This document shows positions 13,726-26,702 of a stretch of DNA of 64,000 bases, piece after piece (positions within the stretch are counted from its first letter, which is position 1; each line of letters opens with the position of its first letter). Under the pieces are notes generated by a model. That model saw only the letters and a program-made list of their open reading frames with translations, was not told the origin of the DNA and searched no databases. The translations under genes were made by a program, and so were the position numbers. Location of the stretch: NCBI RefSeq assembly GCF_006345805.1, contig NC_042998.1:24924001-24988000 (forward strand), in the 5' to 3' direction. Source of the DNA: Octopus sinensis (taxonomy: Eukaryota).

Positions 13726-14133
13726 GGAGTGGCTGTGTGGTAAGTAGCTTGCTAATCAACCACATGGTTCCAGGTTCAGTCCCACTGCATGGCATCTTGG
13801 GCAAGTGTCTTCTGCTATAGCCTCGGGCCGACCAATGCCTTGTGAGTGGATTTGGTAGACGGAAACTGAAAGAAGCCTGTCGTATATATGTATATATATA
13901 TATATGTGTGTGTGTATGTGTTCGTGTGTCTATGTTTGTCCCCCTAGCATTGCTTGACAACCGATGCTGGTGTGTTTACCTCCCCGTAACTTAGCGGTTC
14001 GGCAAAAGAGACCGATAGAATAAGTACTGGGCTTACAAAAAGAATAAGTCCCGGAGTCGAGTTGCTCGACTAAAGGCGGTGCTCCAGCATGGCTGCAGTC
14101 AAATGACTGAAACAAGTAAAAGAGTAAAGAGTA
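13726..14133 (+). mobile_element. Full-length tRNA-headed SINE, family B (bipartite, central TA/TG microsatellite)
   Basis: A-box-like tggctgtgtggtaa, B-box-like ggttcagtccc, CORE-like cttgggcaagt; 3' end actgaaacaagtaaaagagt; at least 12 copies in the window. Confidence 0.9.
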
Positions 14134-14491
14134 GTAAGTAACTTATGTGAACAGTTCGATGCTGCCAGATGTGATATATCTTAGCGCTTGGTCATATTTC
14201 AAAAGCTAAATTTTCTGAGCAAATTTGCACAGATGAACATGTTCTCTCACTTTTTTTCTGTCTTTGTCTATCTGTCTGTCTGTCTCTCTCCCTCTCTCTT
14301 CTCTTTCTTTCATTCGTCTTTTCTTCCACCATAACGTTTTTCCCACTTGCTTGGCATCTCTTCTCCTTTATTCATTTCTGTATTCTCTGATGTAAATGAT
14401 GCTAAGGAACCAATAAATTTTAATTTCCAGGATCACAAATTGAGTACAACTAATGCAGCTGCTGTTCTAAGCTAAATTTAGTCCTAGGCCC

Positions 14492-14515
14492 TACATACAT
14501 ACATACATACATACA

Positions 14516-14546
<31 letters not shown>

Positions 14547-14713
14547 TTACATACATACATACATACACATACACACATACATACATACATATATAACATC
14601 TATACATAATACATAATACATACATACATACATACATTCATTCATACATACATACATACATACATACACACACACATACATACATACATACATACATACA
14701 CACACATACATAC

Positions 14714-14768
<55 letters not shown>
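14492..14768. repeat. (TACA)n microsatellite
   Basis: Direct reading. Confidence 0.95.
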
Positions 14769-15520
14769 CATGGGTAAGTCAAAAATCATACACACACCTG
14801 TTTCTGTAATTTATTAAAACGAAAGCAGTGGTTGGATAATTGCATCATTTTGTGACATAGCCTCCTTGCTTTCTCGTGCACTTCTTCCAGTGGTCCATTC
14901 TTCTAGTGGTCCATTCTTCTAGTGGTCCATTCTTCTAGTGGTCCATTCTTCCAGTGGTCCATTCTTCCAGTGGTCCATTCTTCTAGTGGTTCACAAGCTT
15001 GCTTATTCTGTTGGAGAAAAAGTTTTTGACTGGTTGTGTTGAGTCAAGTCAAGTCTTGAATATCTTTGTTGTTGGCAATTTCATGTGTTCCCAATCCTTA
15101 CTTTGCCTTTTGGACTCTGGTTCACAGTGGTGAATCCAAGTTCCATCTCCTGTGACTATTCACTCCAAAACAGCTTCATCTTCATCATCGTGGTGGTTGA
15201 GTAAGTGTTGATGTGATAACGCTTATGTGCTTCATCTCCACACAATTTTGCTTATGTTCTTTGGTAAGCTCTCTCGGAACCCATCACACAGAGACTTTAC
15301 GAAAGCAAAGCTAGTCAGGGATGATTTTGTATGCAGAACCACAATTAGTTTGCAGAGAACATGCCATCTCATCGATGTTCACTTGTCAGTTCACCAGAAC
15401 CATGTTAGCTTGTTGAGTCTACATGTCATTGCTGGAGGTTGATGGGCATTCTTGCTCCACTTTCATGCTTCATGCTTGGCTGGTCATTTTTGAAGTTCTC
15501 AATCCACTCATATACCCTTC
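14769..15520 (-). mobile_element. Internally deleted mariner transposon fossil
   Basis: Minus strand gives VYEWIENFKN, WVPRELT, IVTGDGTWIHHCEPESKRQS and HWKKCTRKQGGYV, with in-frame stops; TIR-like end ta|catgggtaagtcaaaaat. Confidence 0.9.
14882..14990. repeat. 16-bp minisatellite (gtggtccattcttcta) x6.5 inside the mariner
   Basis: Units start at 14890, 14906, 14922, 14938, 14954, 14970 and 14986. Confidence 0.95.
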
Positions 15521-15551
15521 TATGTGTGTGGTGTATATATATATATATATG

Positions 15552-15748
15552 TGTGAATATAATCAAAAGGGTAATAATATAGATTACTACCAGTGGCCCA
15601 GCACAAAGGACGAATTAGTCATTAGACAAAATATTATTCATATGAATATTATTCATATGAATAATATTTTGTCTAATGACTAATTCGTCTTTTGTGCTGA
15701 GCCACTGGTAGTAATCTATATTATTACCCTTTTTTGATTATATTCACA
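15552..15748. repeat. Near-perfect foldback palindrome (~96-bp arms)
   Basis: Arms differ by 2 substitutions and a 2-nt A-run indel; the centre has a short direct duplication (atattattcatatga). Confidence 0.95.
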
Positions 15749-15905
15749 TATTACTTGATAGATTTATTCGTAAAATTTTTTCCCGGCATGCCCTCTATCG
15801 CTGAGTAGATTTTGCATCTGCGCAGAGATTTGAAAAGTTAAGATCTGCAAGTTGTTTAGATCAACACATGGTCTAACGTGCTGCGCATCTCGATTCAACT
15901 TAGGT

Positions 15906-15987
15906 GTCTCGCTGATGAAACTGGCCTTAGCAAACATATTCTGTCTGTTTTGCTAGAAAGAGGTAGAAACTGATATCAGTCCGGGAT
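15906..15987 (+). ncRNA. Type I hammerhead ribozyme motif, canonical core (Penelope-like)
   Basis: Stem I gtctcg/cgggat, CUGAUGA 15912-15918, GAAA 15966-15969, palindromic stem III ACTGATATCAGT, GUC site at C15981; base of stem II is imperfect. Confidence 0.65.
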
Positions 15988-16084
15988 GTATCGTTATTGG
16001 TAAATGTTTTTGATTTTCACTCTCGATAAATTTATCCCTTTTTTGTGTCCCTAGCATTGGCATCCTTATTTAGGAACCCTTAAT

Positions 16085-16128
<44 letters not shown>

Positions 16129-16413
16129 CAAATAAGAAAATGGAGAAACCCATTATTGGTTTATCAGCTTTAGGATATTAGAATGTTGACTTATTTATTT
16201 ATAAAAACTACAACCATAATAACATACATATTTTACAGTATAAAATTCAATACAAATAAGATTAGAATACAAGTAGTTATTAAAAAACCATTAATATAAA
16301 TTGTTAGAATATATATATATATATATATATATTTGTATGTATGTATATAAATTGTTAGAATATATAGATATATATGTATGTATGTATGTACATATGTATG
16401 TATGTATGTATGC

Positions 16414-16444
<31 letters not shown>

Positions 16445-16664
16445 TGTATGTATGTGTGTATGTATAGGGTGTTTGAAATGGTGTACAGATATTGTAAGTG
16501 CTTTCATCTGTTTATTGAACTTGTCAAGACAAAATTTGTATTGGTGAGTTTGATAAATGATTAAAAGCACTAATGAAGAATTATCCAAAATTCTGACTGC
16601 CTCCTTTTTTCTCAATATACATATGTGTAGATATATATATATATATATATATAATATATATGTG

Positions 16665-16702
<38 letters not shown>

Positions 16703-16761
16703 CTATCATCTTCTATCTATCTATCTATCTATCTATCTATATATATATATATATATATACA

Positions 16762-17165
16762 CTTTTACTCTTTTACTTGTTTCAGTCATTTGACTGCGGC
16801 CATGCTGGAGCACCGCCTTTAATCAAGCAACTCGACTCTGGGACTTATTCTTTTTGTAAGCCCAGTACTTATTCTATCGGTCGCTTTTGCCGAACCGCTA
16901 AGTAACGGGGACATAAACACACCAGCATCAGTTGTCAAGCAATGCTAGGGGGACAAACACAGATACACAAACACACGCATGCATATATATATATACATAT
17001 ATACGACGGGCTTCTTTCAGTTTCCATCTACCAAATCCACTCACAAAGCTTTGGTCAGCCCGAGGCTATAGCAGAAGACACTTGCCCAAGGTGCCACACA
17101 GTGGGACTGAACCGGAACCATGTGGTTGGTAAACAAGCTACTTACCACACAGCCAATCCTGTGCC
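16762..17165 (-). mobile_element. SINE family B, full length
   Basis: Antisense to 13726-14133. Confidence 0.9.
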
Positions 17166-17170
17166 TGTAT

Positions 17171-17260
<90 letters not shown>

Positions 17261-18044
17261 ATATAATATATATATATATATATAATATATATGTATATAT
17301 ATATAGTATTAATATAATATATATATTTATATGTATGTATGTCTATACCTGTATGTATCTGTATGTGAATCTGAAGAAATCCATTTCATCTTGGTGTTTG
17401 CCAAATTTGTGAACAGTGACAATTTGAAAACTGATTCTGTTACATATCATAGCATCGGATCACAAGAATGCACCAATATAACTGCACTGGATGTATTGAT
17501 TGCAACTCCCTGTTTTCCAAGTATATATTGGTAAGATACAGAAGTGGTTTCTCTATGATATTATTATTCCAATGCTCATCTAAGCTATATCCTTCTATAT
17601 AACATCAAGAGAGGTTTGCACACCACTCTTTATAGCATATTGAATAATATTCTATATTTCTTAATTTGCTGTTGGTTGAAGCTGTTACTTGGCCACATTG
17701 GTGAATAATTATATATAGATGAAATGCCGGTTTCATCCCAATCAAGCATTATTCATTAATGTGACAGAGGATTTCTCTAGGGAATAAATACAACCATATT
17801 TTGGTGAACTGAATGGGTTTAACTTATGGTCTAATTCAATAAATATCTCTTTCATTCATCAGCTTCATTTCTGATAAACATGTATCTATTGTCAATTACG
17901 TTAAGTTTTGAAGGACAAAACTTTGATATAAATTCATTAACACACACACACTTGCACGTGTATATATATATGTGTGTGTGTGTGTATGTATATGTATATA
18001 TATATATATATAGCTATCAATATATATGTGTGTGTGTATATATG

Positions 18045-18082
<38 letters not shown>

Positions 18083-18540
18083 TTATATATATATATACAT
18101 ATATATGCATATATATATATGTGTGTATATAGGTATATATATATATTTATATATATGTATAAGGGTATATACATATCTATATATATGTATATATATATAT
18201 ATAATATATATATATGTATGTGTCTATATATATATACATATATATAGAGACATACATATATGCACATATATATAAAGATACATACACACAAGCATATATA
18301 TATATATATATATATATGCATGCTTATATGCATGAGTGTGTGTGTGTATGTGTTGAAATGTCTGTAGATGATGGAAAGAAGCCTTTTGATGCATATAATA
18401 TGGAATAGTTAATATTCACTGAATGATAATTTTCCTCCTATGCTTGTATTTGAATATCAATTACTTCTATCCATAAACCATGTTGCTTTTCAAACCGCAA
18501 TCTATCAACTACGATTTATCAAATGCCAACTTCATCACAG

Positions 18541-18595
18541 GATATCAGCACATTTTTACAATACTACATTACCTAATGTAGTGTTCCAGCATTGG
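18541..18595 (+). CDS. Possible small exon, unrecognised (xISAHFYNTTLPNVVFQHW)
   Basis: cttcatcacag| acceptor and ttgg|gtaag donor; single open frame, phase 2 to 0. Confidence 0.15.
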
Positions 18596-19178
18596 GTAAG
18601 ATGTAGATGAAATGCATCGACATAGGTCTCACTGAGTACACGAATGCCATAAAATTCCAGATTAGAGAAGCATACGTAATTAAAAAGGGAAAAAAGACCT
18701 AACGTGAACTATCAGAGAGAGAGAGAGAGAGAGAAGAGCTGGACACAGAGAAAATATACATGTATGAAAATATATATATATAGATATGTATGTGTGTGTG
18801 TATACAGACATACATATGCATATATATATATATATATATATAATATATATATATGCATAAATAATATATTATACATGTGTGTTTGTGTGTGTGTCTATAT
18901 ATATAGGTATGTATGTATGCATAAATATCTATATATTATATATATATGTATGTATATATACATTATATACATACACATATATATGTACATATATATATAT
19001 ATACACTATATATATATATATAATATATAATATACACCTATATATACAAGTGGTTGGACAAATGAAAGAAAGGCATTCAACACATTTATTTGGAGTTACA
19101 TGTATGGATCAAACCAGTTTGAATCGAACTGTTTTGATCCATGCATGCATACATCCATCCATCCATCCATATATACAT

Positions 19179-19227
<49 letters not shown>

Positions 19228-19559
19228 TGTGTGTGTGTTTGTACATGAGTTATTTACAGGGATTCATTCAAATTATTTTTGTACACGTTTCAATAATGGA
19301 CCCATTATATGTTCATATAATAAATAGCTATCATTTCTTCAGCAATTGAAATTTAAATAAATGTTTAAAATGAAGAAAAATAATGCGTTTGATGTTACGC
19401 ATTAAAGAATATACACCATAAAGAAAAACAAAATAGAATGGAAATGAACAAAAAAAAAAAAAGAAAATGAATATGTCAAAATGAAATATGAAAGAAATAA
19501 AGATGAAAATTGTGAGATATATTTGCATCTACATACATACAGCCATACATATGTGCTGT

Positions 19560-19855
19560 TGTTATTTGTTCCTTCTGGAGCCATACCTGGCTCATAAGGG
19601 CCAGTTTCCCAGTTTCATTGGTGTATAGGTTCCTCACCTGGATAGGAGGCTGATCTGTCGCAGGTGAGCTGCAGGAGGAAAGAGTGAGAGAGAGTTGTGA
19701 TGAAAGAGTCAGCAGAAGTTTGCCATTACCTTCTGCCAGAGCCACGTGGAGCTTAGGTGTTTCACTCACAAACACACACATCACCCGGTCTGAGATTCGA
19801 ACCTGTGATCCCTCAACCTCGAGTCTGCTGCCCTAACCACTAGGCCAGGTGCCTC
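19560..19855 (-). mobile_element. tRNA-headed SINE, family F
   Basis: Minus strand gtggaggcacctggcctagtggttagg...ggttcgaatctcagaccgg (A and B boxes); (AAC)-rich tail. Confidence 0.85.
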
Positions 19856-19895
<40 letters not shown>

Positions 19896-19929
19896 AGAGA
19901 CCAAAGTGTACGTACACCACTATATTTTT

Positions 19930-20032
19930 ATAGGTGTTTCACTCATAAACGCACACATCGCCCAGTCTGAGATGCGAACCTGTGATCCCTCAGCCATAAA
20001 TTCGCAACTCTAACCACTAGGCCATGTGCCTG
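19930..20032 (-). mobile_element. Family F head fragment
   Basis: Near-duplicate of 19765-19855. Confidence 0.75.
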
Positions 20033-20084
20033 CACTACTCATACAAATATACATACATATAAATACATATACATACATATATCA

Positions 20085-20385
20085 TGAGATAGTGAGTTCG
20101 ATTCCAAAACTGTGCTGTGTGTTGTGTTCTTGAGCAAGACACTTTATTTCACTTTGCTCCAGTTCACTCAGCTTTAGAAATGAGTTGTGACATCACTGGT
20201 GCCAAGCTGTGTCTGCTGTTGCTTTTCCCTTGGATAACACTGGTGGCGTAGAGAGGGGAGGCTGGTATGCATGGGCGATTGCTGGGCTTCCATAAACATC
20301 CTTGCCTGGACTTGTACCTCAGAGGAGAACTTCCTAGGTGCAATTTCATGGTCATTCATGACTGAAGGGAGTCTAAATACCTGTA
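20085..20385 (+). mobile_element. tRNA-derived SINE, family H (5' degenerate)
   Basis: B box gagttcgattcc followed by cttgagcaagacactt; related fragments at ~10385-10500 and 57990-58185. Confidence 0.65.
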
Positions 20386-20488
20386 CCATAAGCATGGAAA
20401 GTAGACGTTAAATGATGATGATGATGATGATGATGATGATTATATATAAATATATATATATACATCTCCGTCCATCCATCGCCATGAT

Positions 20489-20820
20489 CGACCCCTGGAC
20501 TTATTCGTTGTAAGCCTAGTACTTATTCTATTGGTCTATTTTGCTGAACCGCTAAGTTACGGAGGACGTAAACACACCAGCATCGGTTGTCAAGTGATGT
20601 TGCGGGGACAAACACAGTCAAACAAACACATACACACATATGCATATATATATACATATACATGACGGGCTTCTTTCAGTTTCTGTCTACAAAATCCACT
20701 CACAAGGCTTTGGTCGACCTGAGGCTATAGTAGAAGACACTTGCCCAAGGTACCACGCAGATGGACTGAACCCGGAACCATGTGGTTGGTAAGCAAGCTA
20801 CTTACCACACAGCCACTCCT
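20489..20820 (-). mobile_element. SINE family B, 3'-truncated
   Basis: Antisense match to family B. Confidence 0.85.
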
Positions 20821-21372
20821 ACACCTATGTAAACATATTAATATAATATTTAGTAAATTTATGTATAAAGTTTTTATTTTTGTGCTAACCACCTGATAAA
20901 ATCAGGAATGGTTTTTATCCTTTATTATGTGTGTGTGTGTGTGTGTGTTCGTGTGTGTGTGTGTGTGTGTGTGCACATGTGTTTATGTGTATATGTACTT
21001 TATATATCCAGACAATGGTAGTACCTGAACTCTTAACTGGTCAACTTGTCAGGTTACCAAAATAGGTGAAAAAATACAAATCATTTCTGGTGAAGGATTT
21101 TAAAAATCTGAAATGCCTTAGAACGTTTCATTCATCACTTATTCATCAGCAAATCTCACAAAATCTATTTTTATACTTTATTAAATATAATTCAACTTAT
21201 TTACTTTAATGTTGTACTGAGCAAGTTTGTCAAACTATTCAATTAATAAATTTTTATCACTTGCCTTGCTATTCTATGAACCCAATTCATTTACCCTATC
21301 TTCTGAACTCTGTCTCCCTCTAAATACCAGCTTATTCTTGTATATTTTTCACAGATTATTTGTTTATCTATA

Positions 21373-21454
<82 letters not shown>

Positions 21455-21474
21455 GCTAGCTAGCTAGCTATCTA

Positions 21475-21750
21475 TGTTGCTGCCGGACTGGCTCCTGTGC
21501 AGGTGGAATGTAAAAAGCACCATTTGAGCATGGTCGATGCCAGTACTGCTAACCTGGCCCTTGTGCTGGTGGCACATAAGGGCACCTACTACAATCTCTC
21601 AGAGTTGTTGACATTACGAAGGGCATCAAGCTGTAGAATCTTTGCCAGATCAGATTGAAGCCCGGTGCTGCCTTCTGGCTTGCCAGCTCTCAGTCAAACC
21701 GTCCAACCCATGCCAGCAGGGAAAGCAGATGTTAAACGACGATAATGATA
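21475..21750 (+). mobile_element. Diverged family A copy
   Basis: gaagggcatcaagctgtagaa...ccgtccaacccatgccagc...gatgttaaacgacgat. Confidence 0.8.
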
Positions 21751-21897
21751 CCAGAGTAAGCACATAAAGGCAAAACAAGGTGGAAAAAATTGTAATCGAA
21801 TACCAGAGGTAGAGTAATATGCTTTATAAAAAAGCAGCCAAAATATCACAAAAACTGTTGCTGCTTTTTAATAAAGTACCTATATATATGTGTGTGT

Positions 21898-22050
21898 GTG
21901 GAGGCACCTGGTTAGAGCAGGTGCTCAAGGGATCATGGGTTCGAATCTCAGACCGGATGATGTGTATGTTTATGAGCGAAACACCTATGCTCCACGGTTT
22001 ATCCGTGGGAAGAAAAGCCTACGAAAAAGACCACGGTAACCTCGGTCAAT
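21898..22050 (+). mobile_element. Family F SINE 5' part
   Basis: gtggaggcacctgg...gggttcgaatctcagaccgg...gaaacacctatgctccacg. Confidence 0.75.
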
Positions 22051-22123
22051 ATTGTTATATGTTACCACATTTGTTTGCAAGTGTTTTTAATTTCTGGGTT
22101 CATAGGATTATGCTCAAGGTGGC

Positions 22124-22218
<95 letters not shown>

Positions 22219-22650
22219 CAGATAGATAGATAGATAGATAAAGCCATCTATTTAGCCACCTGTCTTTCTGTTCGACTTCCTCTCCATTGATCAATCTGTC
22301 CTTCTATTCATCCATCCAACAATCTATGTACCCACCCATCTCTATATTTCTCTATCTCTCTATTGATCTGTATAAATACCTACTTATTTCTGTTACCTCA
22401 TCAGTTTATGTGGTGAAGTATTTAAATCTAAACCAGCAACAAGACATTTATCATTTGTTGTATTATCTTGATAGCATATCATTTCGTTTTATGATTTTGC
22501 CATACACCTCATGCAGATGCAATGACTCAATGCCGATGAGTTAAATGTTTCACTTGATAAACACCAACACATTATTTATGTGTAGATATATCTTTGTATA
22601 TACATATATATCTATCTACCTAGCTAGCTTGCTATCTTATATATATATAT

Positions 22651-23048
22651 ACTCTTCTACTTGTTTCAGTCATTTGACTGTGGCCATGCTGGAGCACCGC
22701 CTTTAGTCGAGCAACTCAACCCCGGGACTTATTCTTTGTAAACCCAGTACTTATTCTATCGGTCTCTTTTTGCCGAACCGCTAAGTGACGGGGACATAAA
22801 CACACCAGCATCGGTTGTCAAGCAATGCTAGGGGAACAGACACAGACACACAAACATACACGCACACACATATATATATATACATATATACGACGGGCTT
22901 CTTTCAGTTTCCGTCTACCAAATCCACTCACAAGGCATTGGTCAGCCCAAGGCTATAGTAGGAGACACTTGCCCAAGGTTCCACGCAGTGGGACTGAACC
23001 CAGAACCATGTGGTTGGTAGGCAAGCTACTTACCACACAGCCACTCCT
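22651..23048 (-). mobile_element. SINE family B, full length
   Basis: Antisense match to family B. Confidence 0.9.
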
Positions 23049-23989
23049 TTGTCTATTCACACAGCCACTTCTGCGCCTATGTGTGTGCATACATACACAC
23101 ACTCACATATGCACACACACACACACACACAAACATATACATATATATGAAGATGTAGTTGAAACTTGAATGGAAAACTGTCATGCTCTGAGTGCATCCA
23201 AGTGGTGTCCCACCATAGCTGCAGTCTAATGGCTGAAACAAACATATATACACTTAAATATATATACTTATATAGTTATATAAGTGTTTGTGTGTGTGTG
23301 TGTGTATACTCTTTACTCTTTTACTCTTTTACTTGTTTCAGTCATTTGACTGCGGCCATACTGGAGCACCGCCTTTTTAGTCGAGCAAAACAATGCCAGG
23401 ACTTATTCTTTATGTATGTATGTATGTATGTATGTATGTATGTATGTATGTATGTATGTATGTATGTATGTATGTATGTTCTCCTTTTCTCTCTGTCGTT
23501 GCTCACATGTGACCATCAACCATCTTTCTTTTCTTTACATGATCATCTTTCTTTTCCTTCAGGAATGTCCTAAGGACTGGATGTATTCTATCTCTCTCTT
23601 CTACCTTTTCATTTTTCAAAGAAAATATTTCTCCAACATTCGCTATTTTACCCTCATTCTGGTCTAATGACCCACCATGTTTGTATTCATTCAGTTTCCT
23701 TGTATGTCTCCACTATCTTGTTTTGTTCCCAACTTTTACCCTCCATAAATCCAAAATTTTGTTTTGATATTTATGGGGGCAACTGTCTTCGAAGACTCAT
23801 ACTGTCATTCAATGCTCAACATGAGAAGTAGATAGACAGGTGACAACTAATGAAGGGTTGTTTTTTGTGTTAATTGTCCTGTTTTCCATTTGTTTCTCTC
23901 ATTTTTGTGTATTGGACGCATTTGTTTTCGTTTTTCATGTTGCTTACTGTTGGTGACGTCCTGTACCCATATGTATATATATATATCAC

Positions 23990-24292
23990 GTGATCACGTG
24001 ACTGACCAAGCTATCAGATGTTGATACACATCGCTGGTCACCATGCACTTCGCATTGTTTTAGCCTTCAAATGGCGCCACCCCGCTGGGTAAGCAAGCAG
24101 GCCAACAGAAGAAAGAGTGAGAGAAAGTTGTGGCGAAAGAGTACAGCAGGGATCGCCACCATCCCCTGCCAGAGCCTTGTGGAGCTTTAGGTGTTTGCGC
24201 TCAATAAACACTCACAATGCCCAGTCTGGGAATCGAAACCGCGATCCTACGACCGCAAGTCCGCTGACCTAACCACTGGGCCATTGTGCCTC

Positions 24293-24295
<3 letters not shown>
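23990..24295 (-). mobile_element. tRNA-headed SINE related to family F (family G)
   Basis: Minus strand gtggaggcacaatggcccagtggttagg...ggtttcgattccc...aaacacctaaagctccac. Confidence 0.8.
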
Positions 24296-24341
<46 letters not shown>

Positions 24342-24345
24342 TATA

Positions 24346-24441
<96 letters not shown>

Positions 24442-24534
24442 GCATTTATATATATATATATTTTTTTTTTTAATTTCATAAAAAAAAATTTTTTTTTTTA
24501 ATTTTAGCTCAGAGCTGCGGCCATGCTGAAAACG

Positions 24535-24910
24535 CCCATCATCCAATGGAAAGTGCTGAGTTGTCAAAAATTTAAACCAAATTTTCTCAAAACAACTTGT
24601 CCAACCGTCCCATAGCCCTCCCCTTTGAGAAACACTGATTTAACCTAAATTTGAGACACCATGCATTTTTCTCGCATACGCATAGTATCGATCACAACAG
24701 CTGATGTACTTGCGCATACAAATGCACGTTCCCACGGCTTTATCAATCGCATTTTCACCTGGAATCGATTTTTGTAATTTTTTTCAAGACTTTTACACGC
24801 CCTGATACCGTCGGTATCTACACATCAAATTTGAGCGCAATTGGATGGAGGATGCCAGAAATCCTAGAAGACACACAAATAGATAGACAGATTGGATTTT
24901 ATATAATATA
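24535..24910 (+). mobile_element. Helentron/HINE (DINE-1/Lep1)-like non-autonomous element
   Basis: CpG-rich body ending caaatttgagcgcaattggatg...acacacaaatagatagacag...ttttatata, resembling Lep1/HINE 3' ends as I recall them. Confidence 0.4.
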
Positions 24911-24913
24911 TAT

Positions 24914-24914
<1 letters not shown>

Positions 24915-24946
<32 letters not shown>

Positions 24947-25486
24947 GTTTAACGTCCGCTTTCCATGCTAGCATGGGTTGGACGGTTCAACTGGGGTCTG
25001 GGAAGCCCGAAGGCTGCACCAGGCCAGTCAGATCTGGCAGGGTTTCTACAGCTGGATGCCCTTCCTAATGCCAACCACTCCGAGAGTGTAGTGGGTGATT
25101 TTATGTGCCACCGACACAGGTGCCAAACGAGGCTGGCGAACGGCCACGCTCGGATGGTGTTTTTTACGTGCCACCAGCACGGAGGCCTGTCAATGCGGTA
25201 CTGGCTACGGCCACGTTCGGATGGTTTTCGTATGTGCCACCGGCACTGGTACCACAAAACTACAAATTCCATTAATGTTCATCGAGTTTGCTTTTGATTT
25301 TGTCCATTTTTCACTTGCCTCAATAGGTCTTCACAAGTAGAGTTATGTGTCCCAAGAAGGAAGGTATGCATAGGTGCACTGACTACGTTCCAGGTAGGGG
25401 CCATGGGTTATGGCCTAACTTGTCCAGCCGGGTCTTCTCATGCACAGCATACTTCCAAAGGTCTCGGTCTCTGGTCATTTCCTCGA
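24915..25486 (-). mobile_element. 5'-truncated RTE LINE: last codons plus complete 3' UTR
   Basis: Minus strand gaaatgaccagagaccgagacctttggaagtatgctgtg matches 42052-42090 and continues through the UTR to (GAT)n. Confidence 0.92.
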
Positions 25487-25592
25487 TATAAACATATATA
25501 TAGGGAGGGTTTACAAAAAAAACAAAAGACAAAGACAGGTGGTGTACAAAACAAACAGATGTATTAGTATAATGCTCAGGAATAGAAAAAGT

Positions 25593-25628
25593 CTTTTACG
25601 TTTCGAGCCTACGTTCTTCTACAGAAAG
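25593..25628 (-). ncRNA. Minimal hammerhead-like motif, U6-variant core, in a ~180-bp repeat (~25497-25676)
   Basis: Minus strand cttt CUGUAGA a gaac gtag gctc GAAAC GUA aaag. Confidence 0.5.
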
Positions 25629-25743
25629 GGACACCAGAAAAAAAAGAGAGAAAAAAATGTGTGTAGTGGCTAACGATATGTATATATATATATGATTGAT
25701 TGATTGATTGATTCTAGTTTCAGCTTATGAGCTGTGGCCATGC

Positions 25744-25810
<67 letters not shown>

Positions 25811-25996
25811 TTAATATTATTATGTATATTATGTATGTATGTATGTATATATGTATAATCATAAGAACATCACCTCTGTCAACTATTTCTTAAATCCAAC
25901 CTTCCAGCCTCACACATCTCCATACCCAAGCATGACAACAATCAGCAACATGTAAACCATTCATCATCATCATCATCATCATTATTATTATTATTA

Positions 25997-26032
<36 letters not shown>

Positions 26033-26568
26033 CATTATTATTATCACTGTCAGCCAAACTGCACAACTGCAGCGATAGCAACAGCGAAAAACCCATGCCA
26101 TATTTTTCTGATCATTCCCCTGCAGTTTGAAGAAGGTAGAAAAAGTCAATAGAAAATCAATAAGTGCTATTTCAATGTAATTCTCGATTGCTTGATATCC
26201 ATAAATATCATTCACTTTCTCTGAATCCCTGCCTGTGTATCCTTTCCCTCTCTCTTTTTCTCTCTTCCTCCCCTTCCCTCTCTCTGTCTCTCCCTCCCTC
26301 CCTCTCTCTCTCTCTCTCTTTCTGTTGCTCTTCTCCCTCTGTATTTTCCACAGCTCTTTCTTTCTCCCTCTGACATTTTATTTCAGTATCAAAGCGCTGC
26401 ACCAGGGCAACGCATTTCTGTGTACCTTTTCATTTCAACACTTTCTTAACTGTACTGCACCGTATTTGCACTGTGTCTGCACTGTGCAGCCGATATATTG
26501 AGCTATGCACTTCTGAGCAGTGCAATTCTTTTCCAACACTGGTGATCACAGCTGGTGATTAACGACGC

Positions 26569-26569
<1 letters not shown>

Positions 26570-26605
<36 letters not shown>

Positions 26606-26629
26606 AATTACTACTGCTGCTGCTGCTAT

Positions 26630-26702
<73 letters not shown>

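Noticed and set aside
17400-17900. DETG motif on the minus strand and a 67-aa ORF with a gtaag donor
   Set aside because: A four-residue match with no flanking DDE context or TIRs, and no good acceptor.
19765-19855. tRNA genes at SINE heads (also 13726, 24215-24295, 51930)
   Set aside because: A/B boxes are present, but there is no intact cloverleaf and each head continues into a SINE body.
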